The notes under the pieces are model-generated. The model made no database searches. It saw nothing but the letters and a program-made list of their open reading frames with translations, and had not been told where the DNA came from. The position numbers and the translations under genes are program-made. A DNA stretch of 33,194 bases, taken from positions 135,453,987-135,487,180 of the forward strand of contig NC_068981.1 of the NCBI RefSeq assembly GCF_001194135.2, read 5' to 3'. The stretch comes from Octopus bimaculoides (taxonomy: Eukaryota). This document shows positions 23,098-33,194 of the stretch, one piece after another; position 1 is the stretch's first letter, and each line of letters opens with the position of its first letter.

Positions 23098-23400
23098 AAT
23101 TCAGCCTTTTAAAGGAGCAGAGAAAACAGTATCAAGCCATGCTTACTATCGTAGTAAATAGAGGAGCGGATGTTATTATTGAGCATGTCTGTGGCTTTAA
23201 TCTACAGGAAGTCAGCAGCACGTGAAATTTGATGTTCATTTCTACAGCATTCGATTGACAACTGTTTACTTGTAACGAAGAAGTTTGTTGTTTAACCCTG
23301 GCCAGACAGATATGTTCTTTTTCCCTCTCAAAGTGTACGTGAGTCGAGGAAGAGCTGACTGCTATTTCTAGCATCACGATCGCCTATATAGAGACCCTTT
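23098..23400. promoter_or_regulatory. Putative 5' UTR/promoter region of the minus-strand gene
   Basis: Directly upstream of the candidate ATG; largely non-repetitive and locally CpG-retaining. TSS cannot be located. Confidence 0.4.
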
Positions 23401-24348
23401 CTCTTTCTTTTTCGTTGCTTTGTAATATAGCTGTGATTTACTATTAAAGGAAGCTAGCTATCAAGGAAGTATATTACCAGAATGACCTATATATCAATGT
23501 GTATAGTTTTCTTTTTTTTTTTACGAGATTTTGATACAAATCGATCAGGTTATATTAAATTATCAAGAGTGACTGAAATGTTGACGATAATGCTTAATAT
23601 TTTAATGTTTAATGTAAATTGCAAGGTATTTTCTTGTATTTTCAATGGTTAATTGTGAATAAAAAAAGTGAAGTTATAATTTAAATATACTCCGTGAGAA
23701 GGGCTTTTTGGGACGATTAGAATATTTGATAACTTATCAACAGATATTAAAAAAAAATATGCATATCATAATATATTTATATTAAACATTGCATTCTGTC
23801 TTTCTATTTAATATAAGGCGCTACACTAATTAACTTTCAATACATGCGCCTGTGTACACTAAGATAGAGATATAGACAAATGGATAAATGTAATTATATG
23901 GATAGATGTACATGTGGCATGTGCTTGTATACATGTGTGCATGTGCACATGGATGTATATAGGCATAGGTGGATAATTGCACGGACAGATAGACAAAGCA
24001 GACACGCGAAATGGACAGATATATATACAGAAGGATGCCTGCTTACACGTCTGCACGTGCAGACCAGCCCCACCATCGTCATCATATAATCATCATTATC
24101 ATCCAGTATAGTCCAGCTGTCAAGTACTATTGGCATATTACATTTGTAAAAGCCATAGACCAATAGTCTGCGTTACTCTGCAGCAGACACAACTCTTTTT
24201 CAGCGGGAGTTACATGAAATAGAATGCCTTGCACAAGTTCACAATGTTCTACCTGATCTAGAATGGAACACCTGTCCTTTTTGAAATACAATTCGTGGTG
24301 TCTGATTATATTGTAAGTTTTCTTTTGTAAATCAATTTTTGTGAACCC

Positions 24349-25353
24349 ATGGATAGATAAAAAATTCGTGTTGTTTATGAATATGAGTTCCGTCATGGAA
24401 CCAATGCATCCCAGACAGCTTGAAACATCAATGAGATGTTTGGGGATGATGTGGTGAATGAGTGCACTGTTTGAGAAGTTCTGTTCCGGTGACTTTACTC
24501 TTGAAAATTAGCCCTGTGGTAGACCTGAAACCAAGGTGGATAATGATGAGCTGGAAACTGAACTGGAAGTAGATACATCTCAAACTACGCGTGAGTTAGC
24601 AGCAAGGTTTGATGCTTTGATTCCATCTGTATTGGACCATCTGAAACAAATTAGTAGAGTAAAGAAGCTGGACAAGTGAGTACCACATGAACTGAACAAG
24701 CATCAAATGAAACTTGCTGTTCTTTACTGTCATGACATAAAAGCAAACCATTTTTTGCATCGTATTGTTATGTGTGATGAAAAATGGATTCTTTTCAACA
24801 ATAGCAAGTGTTCTGCATGGTGGTTGGATAGAGATGAAGTGTCAAAACACAATCCAAAAAAGAATATTCGCCAAAAAAAGCTTCATGAGACTCGGTTAGT
24901 CAATTACAGTGGCTGTATACATCAGCCAATTGGATGAAATAATGAGTGAACTTGCAATTAAACAACCAAGATTGCTCAATAGAGATAGGCCAATTCTCTT
25001 GCAAGACAATGGTCAACCACATGTTGCACAGAGATTGCTACTCAAGTTACAGAAACTGAACTTGGAAGTACTCTGTCATCCACCATATTCACCAGACCTT
25101 GCACCAACTGACTGTCATGTTTTGCAGGGAAAAATCTTAAAATCTGAAGAAGATGCAAAAACAACCTTTCGTGATTTCATCACTCCTTGCTCTCCAGAAT
25201 TCTTCACTGCTAGCATAAATAAGCTACTGATAAAATGGCAAAATTGTGTTGATAATTTAGGTGCATAGTTTGATTAATTGCATTGCTTTTTATTGAGAAA
25301 AAGTAAAATAAACTTCCTCTTCAAAATTGGACATTTCATTCTTAATGACCTGA
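24349..25353 (+). pseudogene. Decayed mariner (DD34D-type) transposase with right terminal region
   Basis: MDR*KIRVVYEYEFRHGTNASQTA*NINEMFG (N-terminal HTH), K*VPHEL (WVPHEL), HRIVMCDEKW, LLQDNGQPH, HPPYSPDLAPTD, KWQNCVDNLGA; stops, frameshifts and an internal deletion; candidate TIR ...ttcttaatgacctgat at about 25339-25354. Left TIR not recognised. Confidence 0.92.
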
Positions 25354-25355
25354 TT

Positions 25356-25660
25356 GTGTGACGCATTAGGCAAGTGTCTTCTACAATAGCTTTAGGTCAA
25401 CCAAAGCCTTGTGAGTGGACTTAGTAGATGGAAACTGAAAGAAGACCATCGTATATGTGTGTGTGTCTTTGTGTCTGTGTTTATCCCCCTTTGCCACTTT
25501 ACAGCTGGTGTTAGTGTGTTTATGTCCTTGTGAAGATCACGATACAATAAGTACTGATACTTTAAAAAGTTGAGTACTGGAGTTGATTCATTCAACTAAA
25601 ATTCTTCAAGGTGGTGCCCCAGCATGGCCACAGTCTAATGACTGAAACAAGTAAAAGAGA
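25356..25660 (+). mobile_element. 5'-truncated tRNA/CORE-type SINE
   Basis: ggcaagtgtcttctac onward aligns to 11571-11973. Confidence 0.8.
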
Positions 25661-25728
25661 AAAAACATATATATAAATGAGCCGCAGACAGTGAACTTGC
25701 TTTAACCAGGTGTATGCCCAAGTCTAAA

Positions 25729-25768
<40 letters not shown>

Positions 25769-25770
<2 letters not shown>

Positions 25771-26470
25771 TCATCATCATCATCATCGTTTAACGTTCGC
25801 TTTCCATGCTAGCATGGGTTGGACGATTTGACTGAGGACTGGTGAAACCGGATGGCAACACCAGGCTCCAATNNNNNNNNNNNNNNNNNNNNNNNNNNNN
25901 NNNNNNNNNNNNNNNNNNNNNNNNNNNNNNNNNNNNNNNNNNNNNNNNNNNNNNNNNNNNNNNNNNNNNNNNNNNNNNNNNNNNNNNNNNNNNNNNNNNN
26001 NNNNNNNNNNNNNNNNNNNNNNNNNNNNNNNNNNNNNNNNNNNNNNNNNNNNNNNNNNNNNNNNNNNNNNNNNNNNNNNNNNNNNNNNNNNNNNNNNNNN
26101 NNNNNNNNNNNNNNNNNNNNNNNNNNNNNNNNNNNNNNNNNNNNNNNNNNNNNNNNNNNNNNNNNNNNNNNNNNNNNNNNNNNNNNNNNNNNNNNNNNAC
26201 GCACAGCACATTTCCAAAGGTCTCGGTCAGTAGTCATCGCCTCGGTGAGGCCCAATGTACGAAGGTCTTGCCTCACCACCTCAGCCCAGGTCTTCCTGGG
26301 CCTACCTCTTCCACGGGTTCCCTCAACTGTTAGGGTGTGGCACTTTTTCACGCAGCTATCCTCATCCATTCTCACCACATGTCCATACCAGCGCAATCGT
26401 CTCTCTTGCACACCACAACTGATGCTTCTAATGTTCAGCTTTTCTCTCAAGATACTTACACTCTGACGGA
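25769..26470 (-). mobile_element. Young 5'-truncated RTE LINE (C-terminal coding region, 3' UTR, (GAT)n tail; gap 25873-26198 inside)
   Basis: REKLNIRSISCGVQERRLRWYGHVVRMDEDSCVKKC...RGRGRPRKTW is the canonical RTE C-terminus; stop-free up to the gap. Confidence 0.9.
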
Positions 26471-26619
26471 TATGTATATTTATAATAATAAATGCAAAAT
26501 TCTCTCTGTCTGGGACCCTTATATCTTAGTCTACATTTGTTCTACATAAACATATTATGCCTTTTTGGAATCAGGATGTCCCAGGATTGAAAATCTGTCC
26601 ATCATTTGGTTCTTGAACA

Positions 26620-27000
26620 TCCAGCATTGCTATTTCTAGCATTTCTAGTGTTTATAGAAAATACTGCTCCAGTGCATGTTCTCTGTTAGTCTTCCTGTGA
26701 TTCCACAGCATCCCTTGTGTGTCCATAGATTTCTTTGAGTACAGCACAAGAAGTTTATACTTTTACATTTTCTGCATCCTGAGCAAGGCCATTTCCTGGA
26801 AGGTACTAAGGGCCTGTTTTGTTTTCTACTTACTAAAATCTCCATCTTTGTTAAGTTACCTTATGATCTCTTGATTCTAGCTTTAGCATCCATGCCTGGA
26901 ATTTCTTCTCTAATTCTCTAAGAGATTCAGCTATGACAACTAAATCAGCTTTAGGAGTTCCCATGAACAGCTAATCTTAAATTCCTTTGTGATGGCCTGT
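26620..27000 (-). mobile_element. Old RTE RT fragment with a PHD-like Cys-rich insert
   Basis: Minus frames give CSWELLKADLVVIAE (cf. PWELLYADDLxLIAE) then KWPCSGCRK...CCTQRNLWTHKGCCGITGRL. Confidence 0.7.
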
Positions 27001-27204
27001 GGGATTTTGATGAATAGGAAGGGTGTGAGGGTGAGGACTGAATTTTAATGGAATCTAACTCTCACACAAACTTCTTTAAAAAATTGGTGACTGTTTAATT
27101 AACAGGATTTACAAGCCAACACCAAGTTGATCAGATTCCTGTTTATGGTATCCTGTCAAATGCCTTTACACACACATGGGTGCACGTGTGGACACACACA
27201 CACA

Positions 27205-27248
<44 letters not shown>

Positions 27249-27452
27249 CATGCATGCTCTTTTAGTCTTTTACTTGTTTCAGTCAGTTGACTGTGGCAAA
27301 TTGACCCCAGGATTTATTCTTTGTAAGCCTAGTACATTTGCTGTCTGTCCCTTTTGCTGAACTGCTAGATTCATGAACATTGTCTGTCAGGCAATTGTGG
27401 TGGTGGGTGGTGTGATGTGGGGGGTAAACATAGACACAAACACACAAATATA

Positions 27453-27489
<37 letters not shown>

Positions 27490-27945
27490 TTGCAGTAGAG
27501 GGAACCTGTGGAAGAGGTAGACCCAGGAAGACATGGGATGAGGTGATGAAGCACAACCTTCGGACATTGGGCCTCACAGAGGTAATGATAAGCTACCGAG
27601 ACCTTTGGAGATATGCTGTGTTTGAGAAGACCTGGCAAACCAAATGAAACTGTAACCATGGCCTATGCCAGTGCCGCCTAACTGGCTCCCGTGCCAGTGT
27701 CATGTAAAAAGCACTATTCAAGCATGGTTGATGCCGGTACTGCCTGACTGGCCCTCATACTGGTGGCACGTAAAAAGCACCCATTACACTCTTGGAGTGG
27801 TTGGCATTAGGAAGGGCATCCAGCTGTAGAAACCTTGCCAGATCAGATTGGAGCTTGGTACAGCCTTCTGGCATGCCAGTCCTCAGTCAAAACGTTCAAC
27901 CCATGTCAGCATGGAAAGCGGACGTTAAACGATGATAATGATTTT
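27490..27945 (+). mobile_element. RTE 3' fragment (AVEGTCGRGRPRKTW) with 3' UTR and tail
   Basis: End of ORF 27417-27647 matches the C-terminus at 26199-26350(-); tail gatgataatgat. Confidence 0.85.
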
Positions 27946-27990
27946 GATGTGTATATATATATATATATATATAAATTGAAACGTACGTAA

Positions 27991-28070
27991 ATGACTATTA
28001 CATAACATTCACAATGACTCACTACATAACCTCAACCTCCACAATGACTCATTACATAACCTCCACATAA
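27991..28070. repeat. Minisatellite, about 24-bp unit (acataacctccacaatgactcatt), about three imperfect copies
   Basis: Direct reading. Confidence 0.75.
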
Positions 28071-28563
28071 TAAAACAACGGCTAACTAGCCCAACAGAAT
28101 TGCTTCTTCTTGTATTTGTTGCTCCATTNNNNNNNNNNNNNNNNNNNNNNNNNNNNNNNNNNNNNNNNNNNNNNNNNNNNNNNNNNNNNNNNNNNNNNNN
28201 NNNNNNNNNNNNNNNNNNNNNNNNNNNNNNNNNNNNNNNNNNNNNNNNNNNNNNNNNNNNNNNNNNNNNNNNNNNNNNNNNNNNNNNNNNNNNNNNNNNN
28301 NNNNNNNNNNNNNNNNNNNNNNNNNNNNNNNNNNNNNNNNNNNNNNNNNNNNNNNNNNNNNNNNNNNNNNNNNNNNNNNNNNNNNNNNNNNNNNNNNNNN
28401 NNNNNNNNNNNNNNNNNNNNNNNNNNNNNNNNNNNNNNNNNNNNNNNNNNNNNNNNNNNNNNNNNNNNNNNNNNNNNNNNNNNNNNNNNNNNNNNNNNNN
28501 NNNNNNNNNNNNNNNNNNNNNNNNNNNNNNNNNNNNNNNNNNNNNNACATACATATATATATA

Positions 28564-28742
28564 GTACAAGACAATCAGTAAGTTGTCATAATAGAACTCA
28601 GAGTTTCAAATACTGGAGCTAAAAGCTTCCAGGCATTTTCCTCGGTTATTTAGACGATAGCCGAGGAAAATGCCTAGAAGCTTTTAGCTCTGGTATTTGA
28701 AACTCTGAGTTCTGTTATGACAACTTACTGATTATGCCGTAC
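28564..28742. repeat. Long foldback inverted repeat (probable palindromic MITE)
   Basis: Arms 28573-28648 and 28658-28733, 71/76 complementary, 9-nt spacer; outer gtac/gtac and TA-rich flanks. Confidence 0.9.
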
Positions 28743-28938
28743 AATATATTAGCCTGGTGTAGCCATCTGGTTTACCAGTCTTCAGTCAAATCGTCCAACC
28801 CATACTAGCATAGAAAGCGGACATTAAACGATGATGATGATGATGATGAAATTCCTCTGTTTACATAATATCGAGGTCTCATTCATTCTTTTGTTGTCAT
28901 TTTATTATCATTAATATATATATATATATATATATATA

Positions 28939-30403
28939 CTATAAAAAACCATGTAATTTGCACCCTGTGTAATTTACGCAGGTGATTTTCAGGATAAAAA
29001 TTGTTAAAAAAAAGCTTCTACTCATGTAAAATTCCAACCCAAAAGTTTTCATAATTGCTGATATGGCCAAGGGAAAAAGGTTTTCAATTTAGTTGTATTT
29101 AGCATAATTTCACTTACTTATGTTTAGATTTTCTTAAATTACGAAATGTTTGTGTTGTTTATTATAAACCTTATTTTACACTTCTTGCCCACAAGAGATT
29201 ATGTCTGATTTTTAGCATACTTATGTAAGTCTTCTCACAGGAAAAGTTGCTGATAATTCTTATCAACAAAAACAAAGCTGATAAATATGCACAAATGTTG
29301 TAAAATAAGTTTAATTACCAATAAACATCAGCTTGGATGACACTTTACTCAACTGATAGAGGAAGATGACCGATCAAACTGATTATGTAAACAGAATTCT
29401 TATTGGTTGAATGTGACTTCTTGTCTGAAGCTCTGATTTTCTTCCTGTTCTTGTTGGAACTTTTGATAAGAAGTATAGAAATTTTAAGCCCTTTCAAACT
29501 TTTAAAATGCCAAGCAAACTTTAAAATCTGTAATTACTGTTTTAGCCGGGAGACCAAACTGATAGTTTGGTAACTCGCTAAAATAAACATTAAAAATTGA
29601 AAGGAGAAAATAAAAAGCTTTGCAAGTTTAATTCAGTTTTTATTGAACAAGAGAGGTACGAATTTTAAGAAGCAACTTGTTAGAATATACACGTCTGTGA
29701 GAAGATATAAACAAGAATAGCAAAAATCTACTATACCAAAAGAACTGGTAATGCATACATTAGAAATGTTCTATGAAGAGAACATAAAATTACTGTATAA
29801 TTCAACATGAATGTGAAATGATATTAAACATCGTTTAAGGTAAATGAAGGTTTCTGTAGGAACACTAAGTCATATTCACTTAGTGAGTTTACATGCACAA
29901 GGATGAATTATGATGTCATCAGCGTTAGATACAGTAAGAGTTAGTAATGGTGATGTTGGTGGCGATAAATTTCATTGTCCTAAACCAGAGAAAGCAAGCA
30001 ATAGTTACCTGGAGGCAAATGCAAACTAGACTTCTTAAGCAGAGAAAAACTGATCTATTTAAGGAAATTGCTGGGCTCCATTGCAGTAGGTAGAAACTCC
30101 AAGCAATGTAAAATATGGACCATGATTACCAGCATGAACATCAAACTTCAAAAAGTAATTAACCATTTAATGGTTTTAGTAAATTTATACAGAAAAAGTA
30201 AGCATTATACCATCCTGCGTAAACCTATTCTGACATTAAATGAATCAACTTCCTGTACAAATGTTTACATTTGTACGTTATTTTTCAACAAAAATAATTT
30301 CTAAAAAAATTCTGGAAATGATCTACTCATGTAATTTATGCACCCCCTAAAGTTTATTTTTGTTTTTGCAAAAAATGTACATAAATTACATGGGTTTTTA
30401 TGG
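28939..30403. mobile_element. 1465-bp Tc1/mariner-pogo superfamily (Tc2/Tigger-like) element, no intact transposase
   Basis: TIR ctataaaaaaccatgtaattt vs ccataaaaacccatgtaattt (19/21); TA on both sides; subterminal repeats catgtaattt and ctactcatgtaa. Subfamily assignment is tentative. Confidence 0.75.
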
Positions 30404-30619
30404 TATATATATATATATATATATATATACTTGGAAAAGGATACATCGCATTCGATCATTTAATAATATTAATAATATATAAATATATGCATATATCCAT
30501 ACATATATGTACATACCTACATATATATGTATATATACATGCATATGTGGGTACAGGACATTAAAAAAACGTTGAACACAGTTAGAAATGAAAACATAGG
30601 AAACAAACTTTTTTTCGAA

Positions 30620-31190
30620 CAATGAAAAAAACAAACACAGATACAAGACATGCAACATAAAGAGAATATCCCTTCGTCAGTTGTCCCTGTTCATCTACTC
30701 CACGTTTCAAAGGCAAGGACAATACATGACTTCATTGAAACAGTCCTTCCCACAAAGCAAATTAAATAAAATTTGGGATTTTTTGCAGAGGGTGAAAGTG
30801 TTAACAAGAACAGGACAGTGAGAACAAGACAGTAAAAACAAATGGAGAGGGCTGTTGAGCCATGAGGAGAAAGGAAAAGGCACGTCTTTTCTTTAGGAAG
30901 GAAGGGGACAGAAAGAGAGATCCCCTATCATCATGTATCAGCGACGAGAGAGTCAAGGAGGAAGAGTGAGAGAGAGAGGGAACGACACACACATATAATT
31001 AATTAAAAAAATGAAGAAAAAAGACAAGAAAAAACAAGAACGTGAGGACGTGGTACATGCAAAGTATTAATAAGACACTTACAGAGGAAACAAAGAGTGT
31101 TTTACATTTTGAGCAAAGCTCTTCTTCAGAAACAGGAGACAGAGAATGTCCAAAAGAAAAAAGAGATGGCGGAAAAAAATCGCCAGCAAT
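30620..31190 (-). repeat. Penelope-associated terminal-type repeat
   Basis: 31060-31140 resembles 15600-15690 at the end of the Penelope remnant (tttacattttgagc...cagaaa); contains ctgaaga/ctgacga motifs. Confidence 0.5.
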
Positions 31191-31194
31191 CCAC

Positions 31195-31340
31195 ATGTAG
31201 TTTCTGTCTACCAAATCCACCCACATGGCTTTGCTTGGCCCGAGGCTATGATAGAAGACACTTGGCCAAGGTGCTATGCTGTGGGACTGAACCCGGAATC
31301 ATGTAGTTGGGAAGCAAATTTCTTACCACACAGCCACATA
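31195..31340 (-). mobile_element. 5' part of a tRNA/CORE-type SINE
   Basis: Reverse complement of the head and CORE block. Confidence 0.8.
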
Positions 31341-31723
31341 TCACACAGTGAGACTGAACCTGGAACCACATAGTTAGGAAGCAGAGCAGAATAAGATGTT
31401 AGGCAGTCCCTTTAGGCCTACAACACCATGGACTGTTCAACATCTCTAGTATTGATGCCACAAGAAAATACACTCATTATACTCTGTAAAGTCGTTAGTA
31501 TTAGGTAGGGCATCTAGTTGTAGGAACATTACAAATAGCGCATGTAAGCTCCTAGTCTTTGGGAGTTTGTAGCTCCCAATGACAGGTGACTCAGATCATG
31601 ATAACTCTGTCCAACCCAACCAATGCCAGTTTGGAAATCAAACATAAATTGATGATGATGATGATAATGATATATATATATATATATGCACACACATGTG
31701 CATGCAGACACATGTGCATGCAG

Positions 31724-31754
<31 letters not shown>

Positions 31755-32156
31755 TACATATATATATATATGTATATATAATGTATGTATATCAAAAAGA
31801 TGAAAATAAAATGCTTTGAGAATTTTATCATGAATAAAAGCAAGTATTTACATTTTTATCAAAATATGCATAAAAATGTAAATATTTTCTTTTATCCAAG
31901 AAAATGTTCTCAAAGCCTTTTCTTCTTTTTATTTTGTAAGATAAATGTACTTGTATGAAACCTCTTAACCTTTTCATTATATATATAAATNNNNNNNNNN
32001 NNNNNNNNNNNNNNNNNNNNNNNNNNNNNNNNNNNNNNNNNNNNNNNNNNNNNNNNNNNNNNNNNNNNNNNNNNNNNNNNNNNNNNNNNNNNNNNNNNNN
32101 NNNNNNNNNNNNNNNNNNATATATATATTCACACATACATATATATACAAATTCTG

Positions 32157-32208
<52 letters not shown>

Positions 32209-32913
32209 AGATATACATACATATATACATACATATATATGTACATGTTTGTGTGTGTGCGTGTGTGTATGTATGTATATAATGTATATATGCACACACA
32301 CACACACACACATGTATATCTCAGTAGATAAATATATTCAATGAAAGATATTGTCTGAATTAAAGAAATGAACTTTAACCACATACTTTTCCATCTGTAG
32401 CTGACACATGCACTTACATGTGCATCTCAGATAGAATGTTATGCAAACATTAGATATTTGTTGTCAGTTAAGTCAGAACATCAAAATTTCAATTGTATCA
32501 CTAAATCCAAATGATCCATTTCTAGTATTTTCACTGACAAACCTAACATTTATGGTTTCCATACAGATATCATTAAAAAAAGGTACAGTATCTCAAAACA
32601 TTAGAATGTAATATCTGAACATTCAGAACTTATCATTACAATACAATAGGTTGGTAGGAATACAATGGGTGGTGAGGTAGTGTTGCAGAACGTCAATACT
32701 TAGTTGGAGTTCCTTTTCTGTCAGTGATTGCCTGAATATATTGTGGCATAGAGTAACCAGAGGCTCTCAACATGGGTGGTACCGCCCCCCCCCCCAAGGG
32801 GGCAATGAGCATGTCGAACAGGATGTTAGGATTTGAGGGTGGTGAGTTAACATAATTAACATATTAAATTTTACCTGTAATAGTAATTACATTATACACA
32901 ATAATACTATTGA

Positions 32914-33073
32914 AGGCATAGGTGTGGCTGTGTGGTAAGAAGCTTGCTTCCCAATTACATGGTACTGGGCTCAGTCCCACTGTGTGGCACCTTGGGCAAG
33001 TATTTTCTACTATAGCCTTGGGCTGACCAAAGCCTTGTGAGTGGATTTGGTAGAAGAAACTGAAAAAAGCCTG

Positions 33074-33077
<4 letters not shown>
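32914..33077 (+). mobile_element. 5' part of a tRNA/CORE-type SINE followed by (TA)n
   Basis: gtggctgtgtggtaagaagcttgcttccc...gtggcaccttgggcaag...gatttggtag. Confidence 0.85.
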
Positions 33078-33111
<34 letters not shown>

Positions 33112-33194
33112 CAAGAATAAGGGCAGGGAATCGTCAATTAATAATAGAATTAATAATGTTGGAGAAGCAACTCAATGCTAATCCCTGTATATAT

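Larger units (their letters stand above)
15490..32118. other. Assembly gaps at 15490-15589, 25873-26198, 28129-28547 and 31991-32118 (coordinates span first to last)
   Basis: N runs, next to microsatellites or a young RTE; ORFs crossing them are artefacts. Confidence 0.98.

Noticed and set aside
23139-23228. Short ORF MLTIVVNRGADVIIEHVCGFNLQEVSST resembling the GxDVIIE motif of quinone oxidoreductase/zeta-crystallin
   Set aside because: Too short for significance, no good acceptor, and no other exons of such a gene seen.
27127-32384. ORFs rich in YI, HT, CV or X
   Set aside because: Microsatellite and N-gap translation artefacts.
8802-33077. tRNA genes
   Set aside because: All tRNA-like heads continue into SINE bodies and I could not fold a full cloverleaf.

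Overview
AT-rich, repeat-dense eukaryotic DNA with four N-gaps; the SINE/LINE families and (TA)n/(CA)n/(GAT)n tracts point to an Octopus-like cephalopod genome (inferred, not proven). I find one host gene, on the minus strand: a C6orf136 (DUF2358-family) homologue with three phase-compatible coding exons (23097-22924, 6784-6194, 561-467), about 16.1 kb and 5.6 kb introns, and its 3' end running off the left edge of the window. The six-frame ORF track misses the most conserved exon. Much of the rest is transposon debris: tRNA/CORE-type SINEs, RTE 3' tails and RT fragments, CR1/L2-like, Penelope-like and R4/Dong-like remnants, a decayed mariner, a pogo/Tc2-like element, and hAT and piggyBac-type MITEs with target-site duplications. 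I found no convincing new biological system. The best leads are a 76-bp-arm near-perfect foldback, degenerate hammerhead-like cores, a 511-bp TTAA-flanked element carrying an unexplained ORF, and the long non-conserved exon of the C6orf136 homologue.
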